Assembly (NCBI GenBank): GCA_903896745.1
Contig: CAITZA010000221.1
Coordinates: 1,041-65,040 of the forward strand
DNA: 64,000 nucleotides
DNA from: an uncultured Desulfomonile sp.
GTDB lineage: Bacteria; Desulfobacterota; Desulfomonilia; Desulfomonilales; Desulfomonilaceae
Direction of reading: 5' to 3'
The notes under the pieces were generated by a model that was given only the letters and a program-made list of their open reading frames with translations, did not search any database and was not told the origin of the DNA. Of this stretch, positions 9,669 to 18,211 are shown piece by piece (the stretch's first letter is position 1; each line of letters opens with the position of its first letter). Made by a program: the position numbers and the translations under genes.

Positions 9669-10542
9669 AAAAGATTTCCTCCAGGGTTTTGGTAGTAAGC
9701 CCCTGCACGGCCGGCTTCTTGTATACAAATGATGGCCTCTCACCGCTTAAATGAACCATTTCCTGCGTTACAGCCTGAGACGCTTCCAATATTAGCCTGG
9801 AATCGGGAATTTGACCTACAAGACATTCTTCGGCTATTTTCATTCTCACAGGTTGCGGACTGACTGACGATAGTGACAATCTCATCCGGGTGACTTTTCC
9901 ATTTTCATCAAGAACAGCCATTGCGGCAGCGCCAACTCGAGATATGGCAAGACATCGGCGTCGAGCGATTCGGTTGTAAGCAAATCTGAAACCCTCGGGC
10001 CATATTTTTAGAGAAAATCCGGATATCAGAAATCCGGTGGCAAGGTTGGTTTTATAAGGCCCCACAATAAATGAACCTAAAGATTCATCTCTTTCGGACT
10101 CGGCGTTTGTCAGCAATACCCGGGCATCATGAATCATCATGGCAGGAATACTGTCCGCCGCAGGAGACGCGTTGCCTACATTTCCTCCGAGAGTGCCGGT
10201 GTTTCTTATCTGGAGGCTGCCAACCCTGCTGCAAGCCCGAACCAGTACCGGAGCAAATTCTTGAACTATCGGGTTTTCGATGATTTCAGAAAAAGTCAGC
10301 GCCGATCCTATCGTCAACTTTTCCCGGTCTACGGTCACCTTCCTGAGTTCATCCAGCCTGGACACATCAACAACATACCTGGCCCTTAGATCACCGCTTC
10401 GAATGGCCACAAGCAAATCTGTGCCGCCAGCCAGAATTTTGGACTCCGAGCCACGCCGCATAAGGAAATCGGTGGCTTCTTCGAGAGTTTCCGGCCTGAA
10501 GTATCTGAAACTGGATTTTATTTCGTTAATCTTGAGAATCAT
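9649..10542 (-). CDS. Mo-hydroxylase FAD-binding medium subunit (CoxM/XdhB-like)
   Basis: The sequence MILKINEIK...ILAGGTDLLV...GTLGGNVGNASPAADS is a typical FAD_binding_5 signature. I verified the ATG at 10542 in the sequence. The longer track ORF (to 10737) overlaps the [2Fe-2S] gene. Confidence 0.85.
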   Translation of the reverse strand: MILKINEIKSSFRYFRPETLEEATDFLMRRGSESKILAGGTDLLVAIRSGDLRARYVVDVSRLDELRKVTVDREKLTIGSALTFSEIIENPIVQEFAPVLVRACSRVGSLQIRNTGTLGGNVGNASPAADSIPAMMIHDARVLLTNAESERDESLGSFIVGPYKTNLATGFLISGFSLKIWPEGFRFAYNRIARRRCLAISRVGAAAMAVLDENGKVTRMRLSLSSVSPQPVRMKIAEECLVGQIPDSRLILEASQAVTQEMVHLSGERPSFVYKKPAVQGLTTKTLEEIFFDREEF

Positions 10543-11038
10543 TGATGGATGAAATCCTGGATGCCTTTTGAATTGCGCCCAGAACCTGGACGTAACCCGC
10601 GCATCTGCATAAATTTCCTGAAATAGCTTCAATTGCCTGCTCTCTGGTCGGCTCAGGGTTACTGAGTAATAGGGCGCAGGACGACATGAGAATTCCGGGG
10701 GCGCAAAATCCGCACTGAACGCTTCCAGTTTCAGCAAATGCTTTCTGGAGCGATTGTCCTAAAGGCGTGTCCGACAAACCTTCTACCGTCATCACGTTTC
10801 GACCATCTAGTTGGGGCGCCAAAGTGAGGCAGGAATTGACAGCTTTACCATCAACAATGATCGAGCAAGCCCCGCACTCACCAATCCCGCAACCTTCTTT
10901 CGTTCCTGTAAGACCTAATCGATCACGCAATACTATCAAAGCGCTTTCGGAAGGATCCACCGATAAAGTTACCGTCTCTGCATTTAACTGGAAAGTTATG
11001 GAAACAGATTCCATTGGTTCTTTATGAATGTCGGTCAT
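10526..11038 (-). CDS. Mo-hydroxylase [2Fe-2S] small subunit
   Basis: The ORF is 170 aa. GCGIGECGACSIIVDG is the plant-type cluster motif, and QCGFCAPG...CRCAGY is the second cluster motif. Confidence 0.9.
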   Translation of the reverse strand: MTDIHKEPMESVSITFQLNAETVTLSVDPSESALIVLRDRLGLTGTKEGCGIGECGACSIIVDGKAVNSCLTLAPQLDGRNVMTVEGLSDTPLGQSLQKAFAETGSVQCGFCAPGILMSSCALLLSNPEPTREQAIEAISGNLCRCAGYVQVLGAIQKASRISSINDSQD

Positions 11039-11119
11039 GAAATATATCCAAATCTCCCAATCAATTATCGGATTCGAGCCTCGTGCTTAAAAAGACCGTT
11101 CATGCTTTAGAACTTAAGC

Positions 11120-11193
11120 TTCGGACAACTTTTCTTTTTGGTTAAAACTGACAGCGCTGATTTAGTTCGGAGGTTATCCGAAGATGTTTCGGA
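11120..11193. promoter_or_regulatory. Array of four TTCGGA/TCCGAA hexamers in the Mo-hydroxylase operon leader (candidate operator or alternative RNA hairpins)
   Basis: On the plus strand TTCGGA occurs at 11120-11125, 11166-11171 and 11188-11193, and TCCGAA at 11177-11182. The last three are spaced exactly 11 bp apart. Confidence 0.4.
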
Positions 11194-11262
11194 AACGCGA
11201 CTATTTTCCTATTTTTCACCAAAGCGCAACACCGCCTTTATTGCATCTGCCAAGATGACGGA

Positions 11263-11817
11263 TCAAAATGTGGGCGGGCTGATTACCCAAACAACCACGG
11301 TGTCCGTTTTCCCTGGATTCGTCCAGCTATGAGGATCAGAAGAGTTGTAATAAAAACTTTCGTGTTCCTTTACCCGATGAATTGAGCCATTTAAATCTAT
11401 TTCGAGCTCACCTTGCAATACAATTCCAAACTCCTCACCGACGTGGCTGTACAGACCGTGAGAGCCGCCACCAGGTTTGATGGTTGTAAAAAAAGGATGC
11501 ATTCGCTTGTTCTTGGGATTAAGAACCAATGACTGGATTTCAGCGCTCCATCGTTCCAATGACAGGGAAATTCGCCTGTCCTGCGGCAATACAACCGGAT
11601 CATCATCCTGTGATTCTACAAAAAAATCCGTAATCTTTGCCTTTAAGGCTTCCGCTATTTTTTTCAGTGTGGATATGGATGGTGAAACCCGCCCATTTTC
11701 AATCTGGGACAAGTATGCGTCCGAACAACCGGCCTTTTCTCCTAGCTGCTTCAATGTAAGATGATTGCTTTGACGATGAGCTTTGATCCTTTGGCCTATT
11801 TCAATTTCGACGCTCAT
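11263..11817 (-). CDS. XRE-family HTH plus cupin-domain transcriptional regulator
   Basis: The N-terminus has an HTH_3 signature (IGQRIKAHRQSNHLTLKQLGEKAGCSDAYLSQIENGR). The C-terminus has a cupin signature (HVGEEFGIVLQGELEI...H). Confidence 0.85.
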   Translation of the reverse strand: MSVEIEIGQRIKAHRQSNHLTLKQLGEKAGCSDAYLSQIENGRVSPSISTLKKIAEALKAKITDFFVESQDDDPVVLPQDRRISLSLERWSAEIQSLVLNPKNKRMHPFFTTIKPGGGSHGLYSHVGEEFGIVLQGELEIDLNGSIHRVKEHESFYYNSSDPHSWTNPGKTDTVVVWVISPPTF

Positions 11818-11908
11818 AATTTGTTAATACATCTCAATGGAATTAAGTATCCTCTAATAATCTAAGTATGTTCAAATTTAATGGGCGTGTCAATGTCATT
11901 CTGTAGAC

Positions 11909-11963
11909 GAAAAAATAAAAACCGGCTCTTGAGTTGTCTCAAACATGGCAGGAGAAAGCCCGG
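11909..11963 (-). terminator. Intrinsic terminator (second of a tandem pair)
   Basis: On the minus strand, a CCGGGCU...AGCCGG stem (one bulge) encloses an inner UUGAG/CUCAA hairpin. It is followed by UUUUUAUUUUUU. Confidence 0.5.
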
Positions 11964-11965
11964 AC

Positions 11966-11998
11966 AAAAAAAAAGCAATCCTTAAACTGGAGGATTGC
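11966..11998 (-). terminator. Intrinsic terminator (first of a tandem pair)
   Basis: On the minus strand, an 8-bp stem GCAAUCCU / AGGAUUGC has an 8-nt loop. It is followed by a run of nine U. Confidence 0.65.
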
Positions 11999-12029
11999 TA
12001 AGAGGGTATGGTTAGGAGTCGTTGTTCGC
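11966..12029 (-). ncRNA. Candidate sigma-54-dependent small RNA of about 60 nt (about 120 nt if the first terminator is read through)
   Basis: The predicted transcript is 5'-GCGAACAACGACUCCUAACCAUACCCUCUUA, then the hairpin, then U9. It runs from the sigma-54 promoter to the first terminator. It has no ORF, and its single-stranded part is CU-rich (CUCCU, CCCUCUU). Confidence 0.3.
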
Positions 12030-12039
12030 CTAATGAAGG

Positions 12040-12055
12040 AGCAAGCAGCGTGCCA
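12040..12055 (-). promoter_or_regulatory. Sigma-54 (-24/-12) promoter
   Basis: The minus strand reads TGGCAC-GCTGC-TTGCT. This matches the TGGCAC-N5-TTGCW consensus perfectly. Confidence 0.55.
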
Positions 12056-12244
12056 AAATTAAACCTTAAAGCATTTCAAACACATCCGTATTTCTGCGTG
12101 GCATGCCTGAAAAATCCACGCGAAATTTTTTCACACCTTATTTTAATGTAATTAGTCTCGCGATGAATTTTTTCACATTTAATTTTCTGCATGACCTGAA
12201 TACTTTTTGAAGTGGCTTAAAACAATAGGTTCCCGGAAGCCTGA

Positions 12245-13624
12245 TTACGATCGTCTAAAACGCGCTGCGAAAAAACCATCCAGGGGAATATCGTGTGATG
12301 GGGGAAAAGTCCAAAGCATGCCATTATCATCAATCCTTACCTCAGATGGGAAATTTCCACTGACTATCGGATCCACTTCAAAATCAGGATTATTTAGTAC
12401 AAATTTTTCTACTACGTTCCAGGTTTCCTCTCTTGCTGTTGAGCACACGGAATAAACGATCAGGCCGGTTGGCGCCATCAGTTTTGAAACAGTCTGCAAT
12501 ATCTTTAGTTGTTTTCTGGAATGCTCCTCGAGTGTTTGTGGATTGAGGCAGAATTTTGCCTCCGGATTATGTCGAAGCACGCCCAGGCTAGAACATGGGG
12601 CGTCCACCAATATTCGATCGAAAAGTCCCAGGCCTGAAACAAAATGCTCATCCGAACAGTCCCCGCAAACAGATTCAAAATTGGTAACGCCCAGCCGAAG
12701 AAGGTTATGTTGCGTTTCATTTAAACGATGTCGGCTGAGATCGCATACGGTCAACTTACCTTTGGCCCCCAGGGCTGATCCAATGTGGAAAGTTTTGTTG
12801 CCGGGCGCCGCGCAGGAGTCAAGAACCCTATGATCAGACCCTATCTTCAATAGACCAGGAATTATCTGTGAAGCGATATCCTGAACCAAAAAGTGTCCGC
12901 TGGAATATCCGTCGATGGATGACACGGGTTGACCCAAATTGCGGATTTCTATTGAATCGAAATCCGGGTATATTTTGCCGTGCTTGATATTTTGTCTGTC
13001 CAGGTTCTGCAAAAAGTTTTCAAAAGGTATTTTATTGGTGTTTACACGAATGACCAGAGACGGTCTCGAGTTGTTAAACCGCAGAATATTCGTGGTTTCC
13101 AGAGGCCCATATTCATTCAGCCACCTCAGAACAAGCCATTCTGGATGTGAGTAAAATTTACCGAGTTCATTCGCCTCGTTTGCAGGCTCTTTTTTCAGGT
13201 CTTCCCGGTTTTCTGAAATTTTTCTCAGCACGCCGTTAACAAGACCGGCCATTATTCCGGACAAGAGTCTTTGCGCCTGTATCGTGGATTCGTTTACTAC
13301 TGCTCTTGGAGGTATTCTGTCCAAGTAGATTATCTGATAAGACCCTAGCCGTAGTATTAATCTGAGGATGGGGCTCATTTTCTTCGAAGGTTTTTTCAAG
13401 AACCGATCGACTACATGGTCCAAATAAATCCTGTTTCGTGTCACCCCGTAAACCAGTTCTGTAAACAGCGCCCTGTCTTTTACAGAAACCAGTGTCTTTT
13501 CGAGCCCATCATTTATCGCCTGTTCAGCGAATGTTCCCTTTTCTACGGCCAGAAGCGCTGAGAGCGCTAGTTGTCTGGCCGGGCTTTCAATGGAATTACA
13601 GCTTCTCTTGTAATTGGTGTTCAT
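12245..13624 (-). CDS. rsmB: 16S rRNA (cytosine967-C5)-methyltransferase
   Basis: The ORF is 459 aa with a NusB-like N-terminal domain. Motifs present: SAM motif LDSCAAPGNKT, PC motif DAPCSSLGVLRHNPE and TC motif YSVCST. It lies in def-fmt synteny. Confidence 0.85.
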   Translation of the reverse strand: MNTNYKRSCNSIESPARQLALSALLAVEKGTFAEQAINDGLEKTLVSVKDRALFTELVYGVTRNRIYLDHVVDRFLKKPSKKMSPILRLILRLGSYQIIYLDRIPPRAVVNESTIQAQRLLSGIMAGLVNGVLRKISENREDLKKEPANEANELGKFYSHPEWLVLRWLNEYGPLETTNILRFNNSRPSLVIRVNTNKIPFENFLQNLDRQNIKHGKIYPDFDSIEIRNLGQPVSSIDGYSSGHFLVQDIASQIIPGLLKIGSDHRVLDSCAAPGNKTFHIGSALGAKGKLTVCDLSRHRLNETQHNLLRLGVTNFESVCGDCSDEHFVSGLGLFDRILVDAPCSSLGVLRHNPEAKFCLNPQTLEEHSRKQLKILQTVSKLMAPTGLIVYSVCSTAREETWNVVEKFVLNNPDFEVDPIVSGNFPSEVRIDDNGMLWTFPPSHDIPLDGFFAARFRRS

Positions 13625-13655
13625 GATTAAGACCTGAAAAACCGAGACATCTCTT

Positions 13656-13693
13656 AAAAAAAGGCGCCCACAGTTTTGTGAGGACTGTGGGCG
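13656..13693 (-). terminator. Intrinsic terminator after htpX
   Basis: On the minus strand, a 9-bp stem CGCCCACAG/CUGUGGGCG has an 11-nt loop. It is followed by UUUUUUU. Confidence 0.6.
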
Positions 13694-13729
13694 TCAGTCG
13701 ATTTTGTATCAAATTGTCGTAGAGTATTT

Positions 13730-14560
13730 TCAGGACATTTGTTTCAACCTGGCTATTCTCTCCTCCATTGGTGGGTGAGTCGAGAAAAGGCCTGCAATGC
13801 TGCTTCCTGAGAGGGGGCTCACGATGAACATGTTTGCGGTGGATGGGTTTGCATCCATGGGTATCGCCTCAGCGCCTCTCTGAAGTTTTGCCAGAGCGGA
13901 AGCCAGCCAGTTGGGATGCCCACATATTTCTGCGCCGGTTTGATCCGCTATATATTCTCTGGATCTGGATATGGCCATCTGAATGATCAATGCGGCAATT
14001 GGGGCCAGAATCATCATCAGGATAGAACCTACCATAGACCCCCCGCCTTCTTCGTCATCAGAGCGGCCTCCAAACAAAAAACCAAACTGTGCAATATAGG
14101 TTATTGCCGCTCCGATTGTTGCGGCTACTGTTTGAATCAGAATGTCACGGTTTTTGACATGACCCAGTTCATGCCCTATGACTCCGGCCAGCTCTTCCCA
14201 TGTCAAGATCCGCATGATGCCTTCTGTCACCGCCACCGCTGCATGTTGGGGATTTCTCCCTGTTGCAAATGCGTTTGGTGAATCGTCAGGAATAATATAT
14301 ACCTTTGGCATGGGTAGCCCTGCCTTGTGAGACAGTTGCTGAACCAACCGATAAAGATCAGGCGCCTGGCTTTCCGTAACTTCCTGAGCGTGATACATCG
14401 ACAGAACAATCCTGTCACTAAACCAGTAGCTACCAAAATTCAGGGCTATGGCAAGTAACAAGGCTAAAGTCGCTCCACTCTTGCCCCCCATGTAATTCCC
14501 CAAAATTACCAGCAAACCACTTAAGGAAGCTAAAAGAACTACTGTTTTCAAACGATTCAT
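13730..14560 (-). CDS. htpX: Zinc metalloprotease HtpX (M48 family)
   Basis: It has the HELGHVKNRD zinc motif, four TM segments and a typical HtpX N-terminus. Confidence 0.9.
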   Translation of the reverse strand: MNRLKTVVLLASLSGLLVILGNYMGGKSGATLALLLAIALNFGSYWFSDRIVLSMYHAQEVTESQAPDLYRLVQQLSHKAGLPMPKVYIIPDDSPNAFATGRNPQHAAVAVTEGIMRILTWEELAGVIGHELGHVKNRDILIQTVAATIGAAITYIAQFGFLFGGRSDDEEGGGSMVGSILMMILAPIAALIIQMAISRSREYIADQTGAEICGHPNWLASALAKLQRGAEAIPMDANPSTANMFIVSPLSGSSIAGLFSTHPPMEERIARLKQMS

Positions 14561-14573
14561 ATTTTCTCTCCAA

Positions 14574-15512
14574 TTATGAATTCTGGCTACTTAAAACATC
14601 GCCCGACCTGATTGCTCTTGAGGAAGCCCATTCAAAAGCCGCAACCCTCTTTTTGCCCGGCGCCTGCAACTGTTTTAGAACAATCAGAGCCTGACCGGCG
14701 CCAACAACCAAACCATTTCTGGTTATTTCAACTACTTGTCCCGGCTTGGCTGCCCCTGATGCGGGTTCTGCTTCCCATACTTTTACTGATTCGCCCCTAA
14801 AATCAAAAAAAGCAATTGGCCACGGATTCATTCCCCTCACCAATCTGTCAATTTCAGTCGCGGATTTGTTCCAATCTATATGACCGTCATTTTTTGTGAG
14901 CAAACGTGTAATGGAGGATTTTGAGTGATCCTGAGGAACTCCTGAAATCGATTTGTCACCGATCCTCGAAATTGTCCGAACGATGAGTTGAGCCCCAAGC
15001 TCCATTAGTTTTTCACTCAGAGATCCCGTAGTCTCTCGTTCAGATATATCAACGGTCGATTGTAACAGGATGTCGCCGGTGTCCATCCCATTGTCCATAA
15101 CCATGGTCGTTACGCCTGTAATAGAGTCGCCACCAAGAATTGCGGATGATATTGGGGACGCTCCCCTATGCTTGGGCAATAATGACGCGTGAATGTTTAT
15201 ACAACCATTTTCAGGAAGTTCCAGCAGCCATTTCGGCAACATTTTACCATAGGCCACCACAACGATAATATTTGGAAGCCATACGGACAATTGGTTTCGC
15301 ACCAAAATATCAGACAGGCTTACGGGCTGAATACATGGGATTCCTAATTTGTCGGCTTCCGTTTTTACCGGATTGGAGGTTAGTTTTCGTCCGCGCCCGC
15401 TAGGCTTGTCGGGTTGAGTGATAATTCCCATAACTCCAAATTCGGCATTTAAAGCCCTGAGGGTTGGCACTGCAAATTCTGGAGACCCCATGAAGACCAT
15501 CCTGAACTTCAC
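14574..15512 (-). CDS. fmt: Methionyl-tRNA formyltransferase
   Basis: The ORF is 312 aa. It has MKFRMVFMGSPEFAVPTL and HASLLPKHRGASPI motifs, and it overlaps def by 4 nt. Confidence 0.9.
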   Translation of the reverse strand: MKFRMVFMGSPEFAVPTLRALNAEFGVMGIITQPDKPSGRGRKLTSNPVKTEADKLGIPCIQPVSLSDILVRNQLSVWLPNIIVVVAYGKMLPKWLLELPENGCINIHASLLPKHRGASPISSAILGGDSITGVTTMVMDNGMDTGDILLQSTVDISERETTGSLSEKLMELGAQLIVRTISRIGDKSISGVPQDHSKSSITRLLTKNDGHIDWNKSATEIDRLVRGMNPWPIAFFDFRGESVKVWEAEPASGAAKPGQVVEITRNGLVVGAGQALIVLKQLQAPGKKRVAAFEWASSRAIRSGDVLSSQNS

Positions 15513-16033
15513 CGCTCCCTCCTGGTTCTTTTTTTTATTTTTCGCTCATAAAGACTGCGTTTAAGGGCTGATGCGTGATTTAGAAGCGTCGATCCCCTCA
15601 GATGGTCAATTTCATGCTGAAGCACCCTGGCCAACAACCCTTCTGCGTCTAAATCAATAGGGTTGCCTTTGAGATCTATGCCTTCCACATGAACGCAAGC
15701 CGGTCTTTTAACTTCCAGAGAAAAATCAGGTACGCTTAAACAACCCTCTTCCCGGAAATCTTCTCCCTCGCTGGAGATTATTTTCGGATTGATTATCACC
15801 ACAGGCGCTTTCTTCTTGTTAGCGGGTTCCGCATAAGCGTAGTCGATGTCCATCACAATGAGACTCAGCAGTTTGCCAACCTGATTAGCCGCCAATCCGA
15901 TCCCAGGCGCCTTGTACATCGTATCCAGCATATCGTTGGCCAATTTGCATATTTCATCATCAATGTTTCTAATTTCTTTTGCCTGGCATCGCAAGATTTC
16001 ATCAGGCACAGTAACTATAGGTAATACAGACAT
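15509..16033 (-). CDS. def: Peptide deformylase
   Basis: All three conserved motifs are present: GIGLAANQ, EGCLS and QHEIDHL. Confidence 0.9.
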   Translation of the reverse strand: MSVLPIVTVPDEILRCQAKEIRNIDDEICKLANDMLDTMYKAPGIGLAANQVGKLLSLIVMDIDYAYAEPANKKKAPVVIINPKIISSEGEDFREEGCLSVPDFSLEVKRPACVHVEGIDLKGNPIDLDAEGLLARVLQHEIDHLRGSTLLNHASALKRSLYERKIKKRTRRER

Positions 16034-16246
16034 ATCGTTGACTCCACATTTAAATATATGGCTATGGTTATGGCTCTATGTCAAGTTGATCCTGTCAGAT
16101 CAGTTTTACAAAAAACTTCGTCCATGAAAACCATGAATCGGAAACAAACTCTCGGCACAGGAATTCCTACAATCTGCAGAACTGTGGTATGAATAAATAT
16201 CTGAAAAGATACCTTCGGGATTCGTAATTTTAGTCGGCAGGATGCT

Positions 16247-17629
16247 TTGTCTGTAGATCAGTCAACAAAAAACGCAGTGCTTCTGGTTGCCGTAATGGCT
16301 TCTTTTCTAACCCCATTTATGGCCTCCTCCATAAATGTGGCCTTGCCGGCCATTCAACAGGATTTTCACGTAGACGCCATGATGTTGACGTGGGTACCAA
16401 CAGCGTACCTGTTATCGTGTTGCATTTTTTTGATACCTTTGGGGAAACTGGCTGATCTAATAGGAAGAAAACTCGTTTTTGTCGCCGGAATATCGATTTT
16501 TACCATTTCATCACTATTGTGCGCGGCCTCCGTTGATATATGGATGTTCTTGGTTTTTCGGGTATTCCAGGGCCTTGGAACGTCGATGGTATTTGGCACT
16601 GCAATGGCCATGCTGGCGACCGTCTATCCGCCAGGAGAACGCGGTAAGGTAATAGGTATCAGTGTGGCTGTAGTCTACATAGGGCTTTCAAGCGGGCCCT
16701 TTCTAGGCGGTTTGCTCACAGAATACTTTTCCTGGCGTGGCATATTCGGGGCTACCATCCCACTGGGACTGGTAACAATTTTTGTGTCTTTTCGAAAACT
16801 TAACTGGGTGTGGAGATACACGGGGTCAGAAAAGTTCGACATTTTTGGATCAATACTTTATGGATTGTCCACCCTGACTTTCATGGCGGGACTTTCGATC
16901 CTGCCCGCCATGAAAGGCGCTGCGTTACTAATTTGCGGTTGTTTATTGTTTTATTGTTTTGTGCGATATGAGCTGAGACTTCAATTCCCCGTCATAAACC
17001 TTGATCTGTTCAGAACCAACAGGTCTTTCGCTCTTTCCAGCATCGCCGCCTTGATTAACTATAGCGCCACTTTCGCAGTTACTTTTCTGTTAAGTCTCTA
17101 TCTGCAGTATATCAAGGGACTAGGCCCCAGGGAAGCAGGACTGATATTGATGGCGCAACCTATAACAATGGCGTTGGTATCCCCAATCAGCGGTCGGATT
17201 TCCGATCGTGTTGATCCGGGCAAGGTGGCTTCTCTCGGAATGTTTGTTACTGCAACCGGATTGTTCATGCTGACCTTCATTGAACAAGATACTGGAATGA
17301 CAAAAATATTTCTTAATTTGATATTGCTCGGCGTAGGCTTTGCCATGTTTTCATCGCCCAACATGAACGCTATCATGAACTCGGTTGAAAAAACCGATTA
17401 CGGTTTTGCTTCCGGGGTGGTCGGATCAATGAGGATGTTGGGCCAGACTTTAAGCATGGGACTGGCGCAACTTGTTTTTGCGATATATATGGGCGCTGTT
17501 CATATAACCCCTGAGATATACCCCGTATTTATGTACAGCACAAAAATGGCCTTTGGATTATTTAGCGCTATATGCGTCACTGGAATTGTTCCGTCCATGG
17601 CACGCGGCGCCATCGTTGCCAAAACATAA
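16247..17629 (+). CDS. MFS transporter, 14-TMS DHA2/EmrB-like
   Basis: The ORF is 460 aa and highly hydrophobic, with the MFS motif GKLADLIGRK. The start is a TTG and is uncertain. Confidence 0.8.
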   Translation: MSVDQSTKNAVLLVAVMASFLTPFMASSINVALPAIQQDFHVDAMMLTWVPTAYLLSCCIFLIPLGKLADLIGRKLVFVAGISIFTISSLLCAASVDIWMFLVFRVFQGLGTSMVFGTAMAMLATVYPPGERGKVIGISVAVVYIGLSSGPFLGGLLTEYFSWRGIFGATIPLGLVTIFVSFRKLNWVWRYTGSEKFDIFGSILYGLSTLTFMAGLSILPAMKGAALLICGCLLFYCFVRYELRLQFPVINLDLFRTNRSFALSSIAALINYSATFAVTFLLSLYLQYIKGLGPREAGLILMAQPITMALVSPISGRISDRVDPGKVASLGMFVTATGLFMLTFIEQDTGMTKIFLNLILLGVGFAMFSSPNMNAIMNSVEKTDYGFASGVVGSMRMLGQTLSMGLAQLVFAIYMGAVHITPEIYPVFMYSTKMAFGLFSAICVTGIVPSMARGAIVAKT

Positions 17630-17745
17630 CTTAGAGGAACACTTGAATTTAAAGGAAATTGACCGTTCGGCCTTTATACGGAAAAATACTGTCAGTACTG
17701 TTTGCAATCGATGAGGCTCGATCAGAACCGTGTCAATTTTTTTAT

Positions 17746-18204
17746 TCAGACGTCAAGAGGCTGATTTCTCAATACCGAAAAATGCCCACGGTCAAAAATA
17801 ACTATGAAAGCGGATATCAGCAAAAGGCATGAATCCCGGACGAAATGAAATAATCCTATTTTCCCGGTTGACTGAGCCGCGGATGAAAAACACCCGCAGT
17901 CAATATCCAAACCTATCCAGTAAGCGTGTGCAAGCCCTGCAAGGAATACCGCCAGCATTGAGGTTGTTAGAAGAGCCGCAGGTCTTGTGAGTATTCCGAG
18001 AATCAGAAAAATACCCGCTCCAAGTTCCACCCACGGAAGGGTTATTGCCACAAAGTTAGTCCATCCTGGCGGCAGAATCATGTAATTTCTTACCGAGGTT
18101 GCAAAATCGGCTGGATCAAAAACCTTGTATCCGCTGGCGTATATAAACAGACTTCCAATTATCAGTCTCGCCAGTAAGCTAATTTGTTTGATTGGCAAAC
18201 TCAT
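17746..18204 (-). CDS. MauE/DoxX-family membrane protein
   Basis: It has four TM segments and the DCGCF motif characteristic of MauE. Confidence 0.7.
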   Translation of the reverse strand: MSLPIKQISLLARLIIGSLFIYASGYKVFDPADFATSVRNYMILPPGWTNFVAITLPWVELGAGIFLILGILTRPAALLTTSMLAVFLAGLAHAYWIGLDIDCGCFSSAAQSTGKIGLFHFVRDSCLLLISAFIVIFDRGHFSVLRNQPLDV

Positions 18205-18211
18205 TTCCTAT

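Noticed and set aside
9669-9743. Long N-terminal extensions of track ORFs. Examples are 9743, 10737, 38242, 39593, 40605, 41825, 61063 and 62246.
   Set aside because: Each extension overlaps the preceding gene or precedes the conserved family N-terminus. Internal ATG, TTG or GTG starts that I verified in the sequence give canonical protein lengths and typical short overlaps.
11060-11085. tRNA-like T-arm string GGATTCGAGCC
   Set aside because: No complementary T-stem, acceptor stem or anticodon arm can be drawn around it. I found no tRNA, rRNA, RNase P, tmRNA or SRP RNA signature in any intergenic region by eye.
11039-11262. Possible Moco riboswitch in the Mo-hydroxylase leader (CCUCCGA-like string)
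   Set aside because: I cannot reconstruct the multi-stem Moco motif from memory well enough, and the leader lacks obvious long-range pairing. An Infernal scan with the Rfam Moco_RNA_motif model would settle it.
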